Positions 36,329-45,975 of a stretch of 64,000 nt of DNA are shown here, in pieces (the stretch's first letter is position 1; every line of letters begins with the position of its first letter). Source of the DNA: a candidate division WWE3 bacterium (lineage in GTDB: Bacteria; Patescibacteriota; WWE3; UBA101185; UBA10185). The translations under genes were made by a program, and so were the position numbers. The notes beneath the pieces were generated by a model. That model saw only the letters and a program-made list of their open reading frames with translations. It was not told the origin of the DNA and ran no database searches. The stretch is from NCBI GenBank assembly GCA_052035175.1, contig JBPOHV010000001.1, positions 523,338-587,337 of the forward strand. The letters run 5' to 3'.

Positions 36329-37969
36329 ATGAATCCTGGAAAAACCTTAATACAACTCAATAGCGCTTCATTCAAATATCAAGGCCAAGATTACTTATTT
36401 GAAGATGTCAAACTAACCGTCCAAGCAGGAGATAAAACAGCCATTGTGGGAGCAAACGGAAGTGGAAAAAGCACATTATTAAAGATCTTAACCGGCCAGA
36501 TAGCTCTAGAAGAAGGTACTCATACTATCGATTGTAAACCTTATTACGTTCCTCAAATCAATTTAACAATTCACCAAAAAGACCTAAAAATCTATGAATA
36601 CATATCTGAATTCTATGAAGAATGGTGGGACATAATATCTGAAGTAGAAAAGACATTTTCACTTGTCATCGACGCAGAAACCGAAACAAAAACCTTGAGT
36701 GGAGGCGAGCTTATGAAGTTAAACCTTGCTATCGCGCTCAAACATGACCCCGATGTCTTGATTCTAGACGAACCCACAAATCATTTGGATGTAAAATCGA
36801 TAAACGCTCTTATTTCATTTATAAATGAATCTAGCAAAAATAAATATTCCTACATTATTGTTTCGCACGATGTGTTTTTCTTGGATCAAGTTGTAACCAA
36901 AATCTGGGAATTAGAAAAACAAAAAATTACTACTTACGGCGGTAATTACACTTTTTATAAAGAACAAAAAGCATTGCATTTGAGAGGCATAAGAAAACAA
37001 TACGAATTGGCAAAAGAAAAATTGGAAAAAGCAAAAGATTTACAACAAGATGAAATAGAAAAAAAAGCTAAAAAAGCCAATGAAGCTAAAAGAGCGTTTA
37101 TAAAAGGCAGTATTGATAAAAGAGCTTTTAATATGGGGAAAGAAGCTGCTTCGTCTTTGCAACATGGCAAGAGTATACAGCTTGAAAGGCTTGTAGAAGA
37201 CGCAGAAAGCCAACTTGAAGACACAGATATAGAACAACGCAAACTTGCGTTTATACATATGTTAAACACCAGTTCAAATGAAAACCGTACAATCTTTGAA
37301 TTAAAAGATGCTAGTGTAGAAACAAACGATAAGCAATTAATCTCTGGTATCAATCTTAAAGTTACTTATGGAAATCGAATATCAATATCGGGAGATAACG
37401 GCACAGGTAAAAGTAGTTTGGTAAGGGGCTTGCTCAAAAGGAAAGATCCAAATACAAAATATGTACACAACCAAAACATAGAATTGAAAGGTGATATTTA
37501 TTTGGGCGAAAATATGTCTTGGGTTTATATTGACCAAAACTATAGTTTGATAAATCCAGATTTAACTTTAATACAAAATTTGACGGCGTCTCATCCGGAA
37601 TTGACTTTATCAAAAGCCAAAGAACAGTTAGGCAAACTTCAATTCAAAACCGAAAATGAATTAAAAAAGTTAGGAAAAGATTTGAGCGGCGGAGAAACAG
37701 TTAGGTTAGCAATGGCCATAGTTACAGCATTTCCAATCGACTTACTAATCCTTGATGAACCTACCAACAACCTAGATGTTGAAACAGTAAACGTTTTGGT
37801 GAAATCTATTAATATGTTTAGAGGTGCTATTATTGTTATTTCCCACAATATAGACTTTTTACACCGCATAAATATTAAAAATTCTTATATTATCAAAAAC
37901 AAAAAACTTAACCAAATGAATGTCGACCCCAGTAAAAAAGAAGCTTTTTATAAAATTTTGACGTCTTGA
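36329..37969 (+). CDS. ABC-F family ATPase (two ABC domains, no TMD)
   Basis: 546 aa. Two Walker A sites (GANGSGKST; GDNGTGKSS). Two signature/Walker B sets (LSGGELMKL...LDEPTNHLD; LSGGETVRL...LDEPTNNLD). Charged linker. Confidence 0.8.
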   Translation: MNPGKTLIQLNSASFKYQGQDYLFEDVKLTVQAGDKTAIVGANGSGKSTLLKILTGQIALEEGTHTIDCKPYYVPQINLTIHQKDLKIYEYISEFYEEWWDIISEVEKTFSLVIDAETETKTLSGGELMKLNLAIALKHDPDVLILDEPTNHLDVKSINALISFINESSKNKYSYIIVSHDVFFLDQVVTKIWELEKQKITTYGGNYTFYKEQKALHLRGIRKQYELAKEKLEKAKDLQQDEIEKKAKKANEAKRAFIKGSIDKRAFNMGKEAASSLQHGKSIQLERLVEDAESQLEDTDIEQRKLAFIHMLNTSSNENRTIFELKDASVETNDKQLISGINLKVTYGNRISISGDNGTGKSSLVRGLLKRKDPNTKYVHNQNIELKGDIYLGENMSWVYIDQNYSLINPDLTLIQNLTASHPELTLSKAKEQLGKLQFKTENELKKLGKDLSGGETVRLAMAIVTAFPIDLLILDEPTNNLDVETVNVLVKSINMFRGAIIVISHNIDFLHRINIKNSYIIKNKKLNQMNVDPSKKEAFYKILTS

Positions 37970-38652
37970 TGATAGATACTTTAAATATACGCCAGACAGA
38001 TAAAGTTTTATTTATTTACCCACATCCAGACGACGAAACATTTTTCAATGCTGCACTAATTCAAAGATTAATCAAAAATGGGACAGACATATTTATATTA
38101 TGTTTAACAAAAGGTGGCGCTAGTACTTTGACGCACTCTCTTAAATCAAAAGAACAATTAAAACAGGCGCGAACACTAGAATTTGAAAGTGTAATGAAAT
38201 ACTTGAAAGTAACAAACTATCAAATCTTCGACTTACCAGACGGGCAATTACTTCAAAACCAACAACAAACTTATGATTTGATTAAACGTAAAATCGCCGA
38301 ATTGTCTCCAAATACGATAATAACTTACGAACCATCAGGTATTTATGGGCATCCAGATCACATATTAGTTAGCGAAATAGTCACCCAATTGACCAAAACC
38401 TTAAACAAAAGGCTTATTTATTCTACAGTAGCCATAGATTACAAATCTTCAGAAAATTCTTTAAAAATGGCTACAGATATAACCAAAGTACAGCCATTAG
38501 CCCCAAACAGTGGGTTGAAACTTACAGTTGCAGAATACTTATCAAAACTTAATGCATTGCGCTTATACAAGTCGCAAGTAAGCCTTAAACATGAGTTTAG
38601 ACACAAGTTATATGGCTTATATAAAATGGTGTATGAGTATTATGTAGCATAA
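37966..38652 (+). CDS. PIG-L/LmbE family N-acetylglucosaminyl deacetylase
   Basis: 228 aa. Zinc-binding HPDDE motif (LFIYPHPDDETF). A downstream HxxH-type HPDH is present. Confidence 0.7.
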   Translation: MMIDTLNIRQTDKVLFIYPHPDDETFFNAALIQRLIKNGTDIFILCLTKGGASTLTHSLKSKEQLKQARTLEFESVMKYLKVTNYQIFDLPDGQLLQNQQQTYDLIKRKIAELSPNTIITYEPSGIYGHPDHILVSEIVTQLTKTLNKRLIYSTVAIDYKSSENSLKMATDITKVQPLAPNSGLKLTVAEYLSKLNALRLYKSQVSLKHEFRHKLYGLYKMVYEYYVA

Positions 38653-38664
38653 GAAAGCAAAGTG

Positions 38665-38693
38665 TTGACATATATCAATAGATACGATATATT
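38665..38693 (+). promoter_or_regulatory. Sigma70-like promoter (TTGACA – 17 nt – TATATT)
   Basis: -35 at 38665-38670, 17-nt spacer, -10 at 38688-38693. Followed within 70 nt by a hairpin and a terminator. Confidence 0.45.
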
Positions 38694-38734
38694 ATCTGAG
38701 TCTTAGTGAAAGCTTGCTTTCACTGGGACAATGA

Positions 38735-38761
38735 AAAGACCACCGCAAGGTGGTTTTTTCA
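38735..38761 (+). terminator. Intrinsic terminator (gaccacc-gcaa-ggtggtt + TTTTTTC)
   Basis: 7-bp stem with one G·U pair, then a U-tract. Lies about 45 nt downstream of the predicted TSS. Confidence 0.5.
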
Positions 38762-38803
38762 TTTGTAAGGCTCTTTACATAAACTGTAACTTTTAATGGC
38801 TTA

Positions 38804-39370
38804 TTGATATTTATAAAAATACCCTTCATAATTTCTATATACGAGGGGGTGATTTTCTTGAATAAAAAACAACTAACAACATTATTAACTATTCTAGGCT
38901 TATTTGCTGCAACTTATGTAGTTTTAAACTACAAAAATATGCCTAATATCGGCTTGACCAAACCTACACCAAATACTGATACAACAGTTGGCATGTCAAA
39001 AGAACCCAAAATGATGGAGCAATCTTACAAGTTTATGTTGGATATGGCTGCAATGCCAGAAAACACAACTAAATTTAAGCAAACAGGTGAAGCCGTTATA
39101 ACTCAAAAAGCAGAAGGCGTAGAAGTAAAAATAAATGTTACAGGATACACGACAACAGAGTTACAACCCGCACATATCAAAATGGGAAACTGCCCCAGCA
39201 ATGGTGCTGTAATGTACCCACTAAACCCAGTCATAAACGGTGTTTCTCTAACAATACTTCCAGAGGCTAAGATCAGTGATATGAAAGGGCAATTACCATT
39301 GTCAATTAATATACACAAATCGGCTACAGAAGTAGCAATATTTACGACCTGTAGTGATTTGATGTTCTAA
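38804..39370 (+). CDS. Hypothetical exported protein
   Basis: 188 aa with an N-terminal TM or signal segment. No recognisable catalytic motif. Confidence 0.4.
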   Translation: MIFIKIPFIISIYEGVIFLNKKQLTTLLTILGLFAATYVVLNYKNMPNIGLTKPTPNTDTTVGMSKEPKMMEQSYKFMLDMAAMPENTTKFKQTGEAVITQKAEGVEVKINVTGYTTTELQPAHIKMGNCPSNGAVMYPLNPVINGVSLTILPEAKISDMKGQLPLSINIHKSATEVAIFTTCSDLMF

Positions 39371-39378
39371 GTAAATTT

Positions 39379-39780
39379 ATGCTTAATCTAATTGTTGTAC
39401 CTACAATAGTAATACTTGCGATGGACGCTCTTTGGCTTGGAATAATTGCTAAGAAATTTTATTCTGCACAGTTGAAATCGATAATGCTGGGACAAACACA
39501 TCTTTTTTACGCTGCTATTTCATATTTTATGTTAATCACTGGATTGATAGCATACGCAATACTCCCAGCATTAGAAAAATCTTCTAAATCACATCCTTTT
39601 GTAGCTGGAGCTTTTTTGGGATTTATCATGTATGGTTTATACAACTTTACAAATCTTTCAACTGTAAAAGGGTGGTCGCTCAAAGTGGCAGTTGTTGATA
39701 CGCTCTGGGGAACTTTTTTGGGAGGTATGGGAGCATTCATAGCTTTTGTTTTGATTAAAATGTTTTTTGGTGGTATTTAA
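39379..39780 (+). CDS. Small 4-TM membrane protein, DUF2177-like (paralog of 57745-58143)
   Basis: 133 aa. Shares the motif DxxWLGxxAKxFY and an overall hydrophobic profile with the 132-aa ORF at 57745. Confidence 0.45.
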   Translation: MLNLIVVPTIVILAMDALWLGIIAKKFYSAQLKSIMLGQTHLFYAAISYFMLITGLIAYAILPALEKSSKSHPFVAGAFLGFIMYGLYNFTNLSTVKGWSLKVAVVDTLWGTFLGGMGAFIAFVLIKMFFGGI

Positions 39781-39782
39781 AC

Positions 39783-39811
39783 TTGCGTCTAACGTTATCT
39801 GCAGATACAAT
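39783..39811 (+). promoter_or_regulatory. Sigma70-like promoter for tRNA-Val (TTGCGT – 17 nt – TACAAT)
   Basis: -35 at 39783-39788, 17-nt spacer, -10 at 39806-39811. The tRNA starts 19 nt downstream. Confidence 0.4.
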
Positions 39812-39829
39812 GCAATGGCAGGCGGGCAA

Positions 39830-39906
39830 GGGCTCCTAGCTCAGTTGGTTAGAGCGTTGCATTCACATTGCAGAGGTCACAGGTTCGATCCCTGTGGGGC
39901 CCACCA
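39830..39906 (+). tRNA. tRNA-Val (anticodon CAC), CCA encoded
   Basis: Acceptor gggctcc/ggggccc (one U·G pair). D-arm gctcagttggttagagc. Anticodon stem ttgca/tgcag with loop ttcacat. T-arm acagg-ttcgatc-cctgt. Confidence 0.8.
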
Positions 39907-39976
39907 TTTAATCTTCGTTTACTGATAATTTCGTATTTACTTCGTCTAATTGTTGTTATAATATTTATTCATTAAT

Positions 39977-40498
39977 ATGGACATAAACAAAGAGGACATA
40001 ATAAAAAGGGCTGAAAATACTATATCTTCAGATGGGTCAGTAGATGTCACTAAACTTACAAATGATTTAGGCATAGAAGTATACGAATATAACTTTGGCG
40101 ATGCATTAAGCGGAGCAGTTACAAAAAACCACAATGGTGACAAGTACTCTATTTTTGTAAGCGAAAATGACCCAATTACTAGACAAAGATTTTCTATAGC
40201 ACACGAGCTAGCTCACATGATATTACACAAAGACACACTTATTAACGAAGGTATTATGCACAGAAATAAATATGACAAAAGTAAAGCCGAAGAAGAAGCA
40301 AACAAATTGGCTGAAGAAATACTAATGCCCAAAAACTTAGTACAAAATTTTCTGAGCAGCTGCAATTTAGATAGCGATTCTACAATTACTTCTAAAGTTA
40401 TTGATGTCTTAGCGACTAAATTCAAAGTATCAAAGTATGTAGCAATAATTAGACTCAGAAACCTCAATTACAATGTACCCTACATCTACTACGCCTGA
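39977..40498 (+). CDS. ImmA/IrrE-family metallopeptidase (DUF955, HExxH)
   Basis: 173 aa. FSIAHELAHMILH matches the ImmA/IrrE HEXXH region. Confidence 0.6.
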   Translation: MDINKEDIIKRAENTISSDGSVDVTKLTNDLGIEVYEYNFGDALSGAVTKNHNGDKYSIFVSENDPITRQRFSIAHELAHMILHKDTLINEGIMHRNKYDKSKAEEEANKLAEEILMPKNLVQNFLSSCNLDSDSTITSKVIDVLATKFKVSKYVAIIRLRNLNYNVPYIYYA

Positions 40499-40826
40499 AG
40501 AACAAAAACTCCCCAAACCCGAAGATGTGACTAACACAGCAATGGGGGAAAGAAAAACCTTGGATGATCAGCTGGTCGATCAAAAGAAACTAGATAATTA
40601 TAGTAGAAGCAAACATTTACAAGACCAACTAACCAGCGTAATTTCGCACATTATTAACCCAGGAGTTTATATAATTAGCGCTTGTTTATTACTTTTTAGT
40701 ATTTATTTAATTTATTCTGGGGAATATGAAACAATTGTAAATTGGCTAGAACGTGGAGCAGCCTTTATAGTGGGCGGATTTATAGTACCAATAATAATTC
40801 CTTATATTAAAAAACAGGTAAGTTAG
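40473..40826 (+). CDS. Hypothetical protein with a C-terminal TM segment
   Basis: 117-aa ORF overlapping the ImmA-like gene end by 26 bp. No motifs. Confidence 0.3.
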   Translation: MYPTSTTPEEQKLPKPEDVTNTAMGERKTLDDQLVDQKKLDNYSRSKHLQDQLTSVISHIINPGVYIISACLLLFSIYLIYSGEYETIVNWLERGAAFIVGGFIVPIIIPYIKKQVS

Positions 40827-40827
40827 A

Positions 40828-42546
40828 CTATATCAAATCTTCTATCGAAACTTCTTTGATTTCACGCAAACGATCTAGATGCGCATTGCGTAATTTTTTG
40901 TGCTTTTCTTCATCAAATTGAGCTTGAATAATCAATTCTGCTGCATAATGCGCGCCAAGGTAGTGAGGCATTATTACATGTGTAACTCCAGCTTTATATA
41001 AATCCTCAGCTTGTTTGAGAGTATCAGCTACTATAACCAGAACTGCTTTTTCGTTAACCGCACGGACTGTATGTACAATTAATTCATTAGTATCAAAATC
41101 TGGAATAGTAGAAACAACTATCTTAACTTCTGATAAAGGTAACTCTTGCAAAAATTCAATATCGTCAGCATCACCATATTCACACAAAATTCCTCGTTCT
41201 TGTAAACGCTGAACAGTAACCGGATTGAAATCAACGACTATAAAATTGCTGTTTGTTTGTTTAAAAGCGCGAGCGAATTCTGCACCTACACGTTTGTATC
41301 CAAACAAAAGAGCATCGTATACAACCAAGGGAGAACCTTTCTTTAATGTTTTTGCATTAAGAGAGTTTTTGCGAAATTCCAACTTTGATAAAAGAGGAGA
41401 AAAAAGTTTGAATAACTTCTCGGAATACGAAATGAGGTAAGTTGAAATAGCAATAGTGAGTATACCTACAAATGTAGTTATTGATGGAATGTTAATAGAA
41501 ATATGCCCAAGCTTGTAACCAAGAGTTATTAAAATAAGTGAAAATTCGCTGATTTGTGCAATACTAGTACCGGTAAAAAACCCAATGCGCTTGCTATACC
41601 CCATGAGATTCATTAAAACAAAGACTATAAGTGGTTTGATCAAAATCACAAATAAAGTGAAAACCAATGTAGGTACAATCAAAGCCTGCCAATTTGAAAG
41701 CACCATTTGATAACCCAATAAAATAAAAAATAAAATTATAAAGAAATCGCGCAAAGGTTTGAATCTAGATGATATTTCGTGAGAATAAGGTGTCATAGCC
41801 AAAGTCACGCCGGCAACCAACGCACCAATTTCTACAGATAACCCAAAGTAATGGTACAAAGCACTGATACCCATACCCCAAGCCAGAGACGACACAAACA
41901 GAAATTCTTGAGAACCGGCAATAAATTTGGTCAACCTGGGTAAGATAAAAGAAGAAATTGCCAAAAGCAACACAAGCATTATCAAACCTTTTGCCAAAAT
42001 AAAAAGTAAACTTAGCGTGATATTTGTACTATTGTGAGCTGTTCCTAGCGAAGCAATAACAACCAATAATATAGTAGCCATCAAATCTTGAACCAAAAGA
42101 AGACCGATAGCGATGCGACCATATAATTTGGTCAAATCACCTTTATCAGACAAAAGTTTCAAAATAATGATAGTGCTACTAAATGTAAAGGCAATAGAAA
42201 TGTATAAAGCCTCGGTTTTTCCAAAACCCAAAGATGTAGCTAAAAAGAATCCTAGTGCGGTTGTAATGGAAATCTGACCAAATCCTGCCAATAATGATAT
42301 CCCGCCAAGTTCTTTAAGAACTTTTGGGCTTAACCCCAAACCTACAACAAATAGTAATGCAGTAATTCCAAGCTGAGAAAATAGGGTAACAACCTCGGTA
42401 GAGCGTAGTATATTAAAAAAATATGGACCTACCAACAAACCAGTTACGATGTATCCAATTAAAAGCGGCTGGCGCAACAAACGCATAATTGCAGATACAA
42501 CTAATGTGGTAGCTAATATAAGACTAATTTCTGTAAAAACATCCAT
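40828..42546 (-). CDS. Cation:proton antiporter (CPA2, KefB/KefC-like) with a C-terminal TrkA-N/RCK domain
   Basis: 572 aa. ~12 TM helices N-terminally. C-terminal Rossmann-type RCK domain (VVDFNPVTVQRLQERGILCEYGDADD). Confidence 0.75.
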   Translation of the reverse strand: MDVFTEISLILATTLVVSAIMRLLRQPLLIGYIVTGLLVGPYFFNILRSTEVVTLFSQLGITALLFVVGLGLSPKVLKELGGISLLAGFGQISITTALGFFLATSLGFGKTEALYISIAFTFSSTIIILKLLSDKGDLTKLYGRIAIGLLLVQDLMATILLVVIASLGTAHNSTNITLSLLFILAKGLIMLVLLLAISSFILPRLTKFIAGSQEFLFVSSLAWGMGISALYHYFGLSVEIGALVAGVTLAMTPYSHEISSRFKPLRDFFIILFFILLGYQMVLSNWQALIVPTLVFTLFVILIKPLIVFVLMNLMGYSKRIGFFTGTSIAQISEFSLILITLGYKLGHISINIPSITTFVGILTIAISTYLISYSEKLFKLFSPLLSKLEFRKNSLNAKTLKKGSPLVVYDALLFGYKRVGAEFARAFKQTNSNFIVVDFNPVTVQRLQERGILCEYGDADDIEFLQELPLSEVKIVVSTIPDFDTNELIVHTVRAVNEKAVLVIVADTLKQAEDLYKAGVTHVIMPHYLGAHYAAELIIQAQFDEEKHKKLRNAHLDRLREIKEVSIEDLI

Positions 42547-42586
42547 TTGAGCAGTTTACTTAATGATTAAATGTTAACATAAACAA

Positions 42587-43552
42587 TCAAAATATTTTGC
42601 CTAGTTCGTTTGAAATCAATTTTAAATTTTCAAATGTAGTGTTCTTTGACATTATACATACAATGTATTCGTGCTCACCATAAATAATTCCGCAATCGTG
42701 CCAACTGCCAGTGGTTCCCCAACTACCTATTTTATGTGCAAAATACAAACCTTCGCGCAAATCATTGCCTACACGATCGTCAAAAGATGTATGGCTCATA
42801 GTTTCTATCAAGTATTTTTTTGAATCCCGAGACAAAAACACTTCATCTTTATATATACCTTCATATAACGCAGCTTGTTCATACGGAGTAGATAAATTTT
42901 GAACAAAATATTTTGACTTCGCTGCATCAGGTAAAAATTGCTTAAACGCCTGCTCTACATCTTTTTTGGGAATTGTACGGGTAAGCATTATCTGTGCAGA
43001 ATTGTCTGATTGCTTTAATAAATATTCAAAAACTTGGTGAAGTTGAAATTTTGTCCCATATGCAAATGTATTAATTTTTCCTGTACCTCCAAAAAAGTCG
43101 TTTGATGTATATGTCAATTGTGTTGCCCACGTAAGCACTTTGCTGTCTACGGCTTTGGCTGTCGCCAAAGCCACCGGAGTTTTATACAAAGAAGCAGCAT
43201 AAAATTCTTCGGTTTCATTGTATTTGTAAACTTTATTATTTTCTAAATCTTTTACGTAAATACCAAAAGTACCTTTTTTAGACTTTGCAAAGTCAATTAC
43301 TTCAGTAAAATCTGCGGTCAGATCTTTTGAGACTTTGAAATTCATGTTTAACAAAGGCTCAAAAACTGAACTCATAGACAGCGAGCGCGAATTAAAAGCT
43401 GGCAAAACATCGGCTTGATTTTGACTTATTGCGTATTGAAATACCAATATAGACCCCAAAAAGAGAAAACTAATGATTGCGATAGTTGTTTTAGTAAAAG
43501 CATTTTTGGGCATTATACTAATGATAATACAGTAATGGGTAGCATTTGGCAC
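42587..43552 (-). CDS. Class A beta-lactamase-related serine hydrolase (paralog of 51767-52801)
   Basis: 321 aa. N-terminal TM or signal segment. SxxK (ASLYKTP). SDN (KQSDNSAQ). KTG-equivalent HKIG. Shared HDCGIIYGE block with the paralog. Confidence 0.6.
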   Translation of the reverse strand: MPNATHYCIIISIMPKNAFTKTTIAIISFLFLGSILVFQYAISQNQADVLPAFNSRSLSMSSVFEPLLNMNFKVSKDLTADFTEVIDFAKSKKGTFGIYVKDLENNKVYKYNETEEFYAASLYKTPVALATAKAVDSKVLTWATQLTYTSNDFFGGTGKINTFAYGTKFQLHQVFEYLLKQSDNSAQIMLTRTIPKKDVEQAFKQFLPDAAKSKYFVQNLSTPYEQAALYEGIYKDEVFLSRDSKKYLIETMSHTSFDDRVGNDLREGLYFAHKIGSWGTTGSWHDCGIIYGEHEYIVCIMSKNTTFENLKLISNELGKIF

Positions 43553-43596
43553 GCTGCTTTGATATTATTCACTTTGAACTCTAGAAACTTTATTGT

Positions 43597-43673
43597 GGGC
43601 TCGTAGCTCAGCTGGTTAGAGCGCTGCGTTTACATCGCAGAGGTCCTTGGTTCGATCCCATGCGAGCCCACCA
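43597..43673 (+). tRNA. tRNA-Val (anticodon TAC), CCA encoded
   Basis: Acceptor gggctcg/cgagccc. Anticodon stem ctgcg/cgcag with loop tttacat. T-loop ttcgatc; the T-stem has one U·U mismatch. Confidence 0.8.
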
Positions 43674-44000
43674 TTTAATTTTTCAAAAAAAACATTAGGG
43701 TGGCCAACAATATACTTACCTCAGTAATCATCATATTGTTAACCACCCATAAAAAAATCAATCCCCATAGATAAAGTTACCCAATCCTCTAGATTGGGTG
43801 CTCGGGAATCACTATGCTGCAGGCAATCTAGACTATTTGTAATGAACCCATTTTAAATAGTACTGGCCTACAGGGCTACAATCCGTCGGCTTATAGGCAC
43901 GCGATAACGCGTCCGTGCGGTGGGGATTTGTCTCTAGCAATCCTTATTTGAATAATAGCATTGAAATGTTTATAAATTAAAAATACTTATACAACGACAA

Positions 44001-44050
44001 AACCCCCTTCCGGGCAGAAAAACTGTCCCAGAAGGGGGTTTTTGGTTTTG
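44001..44050. terminator. Bidirectional intrinsic terminator
   Basis: Stem ccccctt(c)...(g)aaggggg with inner structure. U-tracts on both sides (aaaa 43999-44002; tttttggttttg 44039-44050). Lies downstream of the minus-strand gene that ends at 44059. Confidence 0.55.
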
Positions 44051-44058
44051 TCTTTTTC

Positions 44059-44691
44059 TTAAGGAGCGTAATACGCATCCTTAAGTGTAAAACAGGGGAG
44101 TCTGGGAGACTCGCCCTTTGGACCATCAAAAGAGATGGTCGGTACCTGTACTTTGATGGCTGGTTGCCCAGCCACATCGTACAGAGTGTAGGTCTGCAAC
44201 AGTGCAGACCCAGGTTTCAACGTGACATTCCCTATTGTCACGTTCTCACCAACAAGTGCGGCATTAATGCCGACATAGTTGGTTGAGGAATAGATCACAG
44301 TATCCTTGGTGTCCAACACCAAGACTTCAATACTGTAGTCAATTTGCCCATTGCTTGGGCAGCGATATTCCGCGGTTTGCGAAGCATCGCGAACCGACCC
44401 CAGGTACTTGCGTACCACAATCGTGTACCCTTGACTTAACAAGGAGTCGATTGTTTCGTTGGTCACCGGGACTGACGTGGTACTGTTAATGAAGGTAGTG
44501 CCTTCTGTACCAGCCTCCGGTGTTTCGGTCGGCGCGACCGCGGTAGCGGTTGCGCTTTGTGATTGCTGGGTTACGGTCGCAGATCCCGGGAGGGGATCCA
44601 CAAAAACCGGGCGGTTAATAAAAATCCAACCACCTGACGAAATCAGCACCAGCAAAATAATGGACCAAAAAAACCGAGTCGAGCGTTTCAT
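44059..44691 (-). CDS. Hypothetical secreted/membrane-anchored protein in a GC-rich island
   Basis: ORF 44059-44739. The likely start is MKRSTRFF (44691), followed by a TM segment. Local GC is ~50% versus ~35% genome-wide. Thr/Ala/Pro-rich linker. Confidence 0.45.
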   Translation of the reverse strand: MKRSTRFFWSIILLVLISSGGWIFINRPVFVDPLPGSATVTQQSQSATATAVAPTETPEAGTEGTTFINSTTSVPVTNETIDSLLSQGYTIVVRKYLGSVRDASQTAEYRCPSNGQIDYSIEVLVLDTKDTVIYSSTNYVGINAALVGENVTIGNVTLKPGSALLQTYTLYDVAGQPAIKVQVPTISFDGPKGESPRLPCFTLKDAYYAP

Positions 44692-44933
44692 TTTTTTCTC
44701 CTTTATGAGAAGTGCTTTTAGCTTATTGGGAAGCCCCACTAAGCTAAAAAACGATTTGTTTTGATAAGAACAATTATACTATAGGATAGACATTCCGTAA
44801 AGACCTTTGTGATATAAAAGATACTACTTTATATTATAGCTACGCCATTTGTTGACTATTTGAGTAAATCAACGTAACCTATAATTAATGCCACTTTTCA
44901 TCAAATTTTCACTTTTTAAGGGGGTGAAAATAT

Positions 44934-45917
44934 ATGAATAAATACACTTTTTTTGTGTTCTCTTTACTCTTAGCAGTAACTCTAGGCCCTACAGCATACG
45001 CAACAACAGACTGTACATTCACTACACTAGGCACAATAATGACTTTGGACAACGATTGTACAACTGATGAAACACTTGTAATACCAGATGGATACACCTT
45101 AACAGGTGACCATAATACTATTACAGCTGTTGACCCAGTCGGAGGACATTTCGAAGGCGCTGTTGTTATGAATGGTGGAACTACCGCATACATAGAACGC
45201 GTTATAGTCTCTGTAAGTGGGTTGGCTGATGTCTGTGATGCTGGTGCAGAAAGATTGAGAGGCATTATGTTTGAAGGTGCTTCAGGATCTATCCTATACA
45301 CTAGGGTAATTGGAGTTAATCAAGGACCAAGTGGTTGCCAAGAAGGTAACGCAATCGAAGTACGCAATGCTCCTTTTGATGGATCTCACCCAAACACAAT
45401 GACAGTAGAAGTAGCACATAACAGAGTCGAAGATTATCAAAAGACAGGTATTCTTGCTAATGGAGATGTAAACGTAAATGTACATCACAACACAATAGGT
45501 GCTTCTGCAACTCAAGCTAATCTAGCTGCAAATTCTTTGCAATTAGGGTTTGGCGCGCTAGGTAGTGTCATGAATAATGCTATTAAAGGTAATCAATGGC
45601 TAGGTGCGAGTGACTTTGCATCCACAGCTATGCTGATTTACGCTTCAGACGTAGTAGAAGTTGCATACAATGCAATTTCTGGTAATTCTGATGTAGGAAT
45701 GTATGTGATTACAAATGATAGTTCGTTCCATGACAATACTGTATACGACCTTGGACCTGATGCAGCACACGGCGATTATGGGATTTTTGATGATGGTACA
45801 GGAAACTCTTATGTTAATAACATAATAAGAGGGTTCGTCGTGCCATTTGAAAGTTCTATGTTGTTAGTAGAAACTTTGGCTCCTACAATATCACACAATG
45901 TGATGGCGTTTGAGTAA
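44934..45917 (+). CDS. Secreted right-handed parallel beta-helix repeat protein
   Basis: 327 aa. Signal peptide. Repeated PbH1-like units (HNTITA..., AHNRVEDY..., HHNTIGAS..., YNAISGNSD...). Confidence 0.55.
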   Translation: MNKYTFFVFSLLLAVTLGPTAYATTDCTFTTLGTIMTLDNDCTTDETLVIPDGYTLTGDHNTITAVDPVGGHFEGAVVMNGGTTAYIERVIVSVSGLADVCDAGAERLRGIMFEGASGSILYTRVIGVNQGPSGCQEGNAIEVRNAPFDGSHPNTMTVEVAHNRVEDYQKTGILANGDVNVNVHHNTIGASATQANLAANSLQLGFGALGSVMNNAIKGNQWLGASDFASTAMLIYASDVVEVAYNAISGNSDVGMYVITNDSSFHDNTVYDLGPDAAHGDYGIFDDGTGNSYVNNIIRGFVVPFESSMLLVETLAPTISHNVMAFE

Positions 45918-45975
45918 GAGTACATAACAGGCATAGCTACAACCCATCTGCAGGTGGGTTGAGCTGTCTGGTAGA

